Source of the DNA: Klebsormidium nitens
Taxonomy: Eukaryota; Plantae; Klebsormidiophyceae
Length of the DNA stretch: 64,000 nt
Direction: 5' to 3'
NCBI GenBank assembly: GCA_000708835.1
Contig: DF236954.1
Span: forward strand, 108,647 to 172,646
A program made the position numbers and the translations under genes. Under the pieces are notes generated by a model that searched no databases, was not told the DNA's origin, and saw nothing but the letters and a program-made list of their open reading frames with translations. Shown piece after piece: positions 62,201 through 64,000 of this stretch (position 1 is the stretch's first letter; every line of letters starts with the position of its first letter).

Positions 62201-62296
62201 GGCAGAGACTGGTATGGCAGTGTTGCTCAAAAGGCACATTCCCGCCAGCAGGAAGAAGAGCAGAGTGGTGGAGGACTTTGAGGATCCCATCTTCAT
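56220..62296 (-). CDS. Secreted vanadium-dependent haloperoxidase-like protein (PAP2/VHPO fold; NapH1/DUF6851-like type)
   Basis: Exons 62296-62149 (signal peptide), unresolved small exon(s) at 61850-61320, then ~61318-61127, 60786-60633, 60324-60213, 59681-59556, 59029-58821, 58141-57966, 57606-57508, 56594-56220. Motifs: LLLRVTGAIDIALYEAWVAY, RRPSSEFTDENKNLACVYSVFRVL, GLDPNNTSTDPTSPVGVGNLA, QDGFNQ..NYSDYTGNVPVNTAHELKDPTRWQP, and the vanadate-site motifs DALIAVWYQK-x6-RP, HSDYTSGS, SRLQGGVHF. Confidence 0.88.
56575..56830 (-). repeat. ~115-bp tandem triplication of the last acceptor of the haloperoxidase gene
   Basis: CACTCG(G/T)ACCCGTTCA(C/A)CT occurs at 56578, ~56689 and ~56809. AAAAGACAGCATGAACCGTGAG..TGGCGCCAGA occurs twice. 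Confidence 0.9.
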
Positions 62297-62314
62297 ACAG
62301 AGAATTGGTGGCGG

Positions 62315-63370
62315 CTGCAAGGAAGAAAACAGTACTCGTTGGTTTACTTGAAAAGCTTGGTGCATTGCCGAACACTTCGCAATCTCTAGAGGTCTTTTCG
62401 CATTTGAAACTTTGGGTAATTGGTGAGAAAGAGTTTTTTTCGTTTACAGGCTGGCATTGATTGGAAGCAAGTAAAAGGGTCTCTAATTAAATCTAATAGA
62501 TGGTTTTGGAGCATGTATGCGTGTCATACTTACCGAAAGCATTGCAGCCAACTTCTGAGAAAGGGACACTGCGACTAATTCAACCAATCCAGAGATTCTA
62601 AGGGAGTTAGAACTGCTTAACAAATAGCATTGGCATTGCATGCATGGTCCAGCAGAAACTGAATCAACTGATAGCATGACTACTCTCGAGGGCCCCAGTA
62701 GGCAAAATACAGCCATTGCTTACCTTGCAAACAATCACAACCACAGAGGAAGGTGATGTCTTGTTCTCGCCTGGCAATGCTGCAAGCAGCAGGCAAGTCG
62801 GCACCGCAAGCCAACTATGAAGCTATTCGTGACCCCTCACAAGTTTTCGCTACTTACCTTTGCCAATTGCGACACCCAGAATTTACTTCAGGGCTGATCA
62901 GGGTTGAGGGAGTCGGCACCAAGTCAGTAGGAGTCCCTGTGAAAGTGGACGTTGTGGAAGAGGCAGTCGTGAATGCAGTTGGGAAATTGGACCTTTGTGC
63001 GACGAGTTGACTGCACAAATAGAAGGAGGTGATCAACTGAGAACTGGATCTGGGTTGCTGGATCTTGGTTGCGGAGAATGAGCGCTTTCCAAGGCGGAAG
63101 CACTGAATCCCTTATGAGTCTTTGCTGAAAAGCTCGTCCGAGTGACTGTTACTCGAAGTGCTCGGAGATCCTGTAAGATTCTGAGGGTTTTGATTTCCTG
63201 CATGCAGGACTCCTGCTATACACTTCTCTGATGCACTGGTGATCTAGAATGCCCAAAAGTCGTTGTCAAGAATTGAAGTGCACTGCAAACAATCATCATT
63301 GGTCCTTAATCAGTACAGCACAGATTTCCAGTACAAAGGTTGCAGCTTCCTTGCTGATGTACCTAACTTA
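62315..63370 (-). other. Probable spliced multi-exon 5' leader of the haloperoxidase gene
   Basis: Strong donors (GTAAGT at 63370 and 62857, GTAAGC at 62723) and pyrimidine-rich acceptors (63011, 62780, 62315) define candidate exons 63010-62858 and 62779-62724, upstream of the acceptor 18 nt before the ATG. No join in frame with the signal peptide was found. Confidence 0.5.
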
Positions 63371-64000
63371 CGGTACGTCTAGGTAGTATCATGTGTGACA
63401 TCAGCTTGTTGACTTATTGACTTCTTGCTCGTCGAGAGAATGTGGCCCTGCGACGTTGTCCGTACTACGCTGTGGCCGGTAGTACGTCATATCGTGATTT
63501 GCCACCCCCCCCGAGCGGCGACTCGCGAGTCATACATAGAAGCCAATCATAGCGCATTAGGTCATACCTGATTGACGTCCATAATGACCATGACGTTGTA
63601 AGAAGCACGTGCAGGCTGGATATGTCGGATCGTGCCAAAGTGACCACTTTCCGACCGTCGATAGGGGTCAATAGGGATATGAACTGACTGAACCGGGATC
63701 TGGGGCCCGGTTGGAGCAATGATTGCATGATTGAAAATCATCCAATGAAGCTACGTCACTGTCGTACGTACAAATATTCGTTTGTCCTTAGTCAACAGAG
63801 CGGGCAGAGGCGCGGGGATCTTCGAAAGCTTCTCGTCGAATGAAATGCACGGTTCGCCTTATCTCCAGGACCTCCATCTATGTAGTTTTAAATTGTAGTT
63901 TTAGCTCGTAAAACTACATTTTGCTGATGTCAAAACTACATTCGCCTTACGTCATCAAATTTGTGGTCGCCGCGAAATAATACTATATTTTTTTAAAAAA

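Noticed and set aside
29761-62296. Biosynthetic gene cluster (haloperoxidase + FAD/Rieske oxidoreductase + methyltransferase)
   Set aside because: No PKS, NRPS, terpene synthase or prenyltransferase is present in the window. The methyltransferase is an RNA-modifying SPOUT enzyme, and housekeeping genes are interspersed.
1-64000. tRNA, rRNA, CRISPR array or intact transposase/reverse transcriptase
   Set aside because: None was recognised by eye or in the ORF track. tRNAscan-SE, Infernal and RepeatMasker would be needed to exclude small or decayed elements.

Overview
Intron-rich eukaryotic nuclear DNA. The RLK/Pelle kinases, plant-type SYF2/ZCCHC8/glyoxalase-like genes and GT(A/G)AG / CT(A/G)AC..YAG splice signals suggest a streptophyte green alga such as Klebsormidium (inference). 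Nine protein-coding genes were rebuilt by hand from splice signals: a partial VOC/glyoxalase-like gene (+), a very large TPR+J-domain co-chaperone (-), SYF2 (+), receptor-like kinase RLK-A (+), a YhfW-like FAD oxidoreductase with a Rieske domain (-), a ZCCHC8-like zinc knuckle/PSP protein (-), a SpoU/TrmH RNA methyltransferase (+), the inverted paralogue RLK-B (-) and a secreted vanadium-haloperoxidase-like enzyme (-). Highlights: (1) an intron-containing, signal-peptide-bearing vanadium haloperoxidase with Ser at the usual catalytic His position, resembling the actinobacterial NapH1/DUF6851 type, directly upstream of RLK-B; (2) both RLKs have two tandem 12-Cys SPARK-like ectodomains; (3) RLK-B carries a microhomology-bounded 12-bp deletion in the kinase; (4) short tandem duplications recur at splice junctions in three genes, creating decoy acceptors/donors and a candidate micro-exon. 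No tRNA, rRNA, CRISPR array or intact transposon was recognised. Coordinates were counted by eye and may be off by a few bases.
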